This document shows, piece after piece, positions 27,080 through 27,438 of a stretch of DNA of 27,438 bases. Source of the DNA: Sulfurimonadaceae bacterium (lineage in GTDB: Bacteria; Campylobacterota; Campylobacteria; Campylobacterales; Sulfurimonadaceae); the NCBI GenBank assembly GCA_041571435.1, contig JBFFUI010000032.1, positions 1-27,438 of the forward strand, written 5' to 3'. Position 1 is the first letter of the stretch. Each line of letters starts with the position of its first letter. Position numbers and translations under genes: made by a program. The notes beneath the pieces were generated by a model. It made no database searches. It was not told the origin of the DNA and saw nothing but the letters and a program-made list of their open reading frames with translations.

Positions 27080-27438
27080 AATGTCTCCTTATGATTTTTA
27101 TAGAGTAGGTTCATCAGTGCCGGTGCCAGGAAGAAGTCCGCAACAAGGGCCACGATGATAGCGGTTCCGGCCAACAGGCCGAAGTTGAAGAGGTTGCCCA
27201 TGCTGGCGAAAAGGTAGACATAAAAACCGACGCTCAGGACAATGGTCGTAATGAGCATCGCCCGCCCGCTTCCCGTCAGGGTGAGACGTACGGCCTCCTG
27301 GACCGATTTTCCTTCGTCATAATAGCGTCTAAAGTTGTGCATAAAGTGGAAGTTGTCATCAACGGCCAGACCCAGAACGATGGTACCGACCAGCATCGTA
27401 AAGAGATCGAAAGGGATATTGAAGATGACCATAAAGGC
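27076..27438 (-). CDS. RND/MMPL-family transporter, C-terminal part (truncated by the window edge)
   Basis: GLAVDDNFHF, GRAMLITT, FG...ALVADFFLAPAL. Confidence 0.88.
   Translation of the reverse strand, partial: AFMVIFNIPFDLFTMLVGTIVLGLAVDDNFHFMHNFRRYYDEGKSVQEAVRLTLTGSGRAMLITTIVLSVGFYVYLFASMGNLFNFGLLAGTAIIVALVADFFLAPALMNLLYKNHKETL

Overview
Chromosomal segment of a Campylobacterota (Epsilonproteobacteria) bacterium, probably Sulfurimonas/Sulfuricurvum-like; taxonomy is inferred from protein style, AAGGA-type RBS and TATAAT promoters. It is probably close to the replication origin: two perfect parS palindromes lie inside the RluA-family gene next to purB-nrdA. Housekeeping genes include a C-N hydrolase, pcm, an acyl-CoA ligase, a LMW phosphatase, nrdA, purB, an RluA synthase, rlmN and hisF. 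Accessory genes include an OlsF-like acyltransferase, an MtfA-like peptidase, a two-component module with a Gln/Met-rich secreted protein, a beta-barrel and a cytochrome b, split permeases, a DUF5666 lipoprotein and an RND/LolA-like/outer-membrane operon. No rRNA, tRNA, CRISPR or transposase was seen. The most interesting signals are absent from the ORF track: a ~90-nt structured transcript with a near-consensus promoter (sRNA or RBS-sequestered 19-aa peptide), a second candidate sRNA with an anti-SD-like loop, a shared operator box for the two-component system, a duplicated ~65-bp intergenic element, two small membrane ORFs, and face-to-face promoters around a 16-bp inverted repeat. All calls are by eye; no database searches or folding programs were run.
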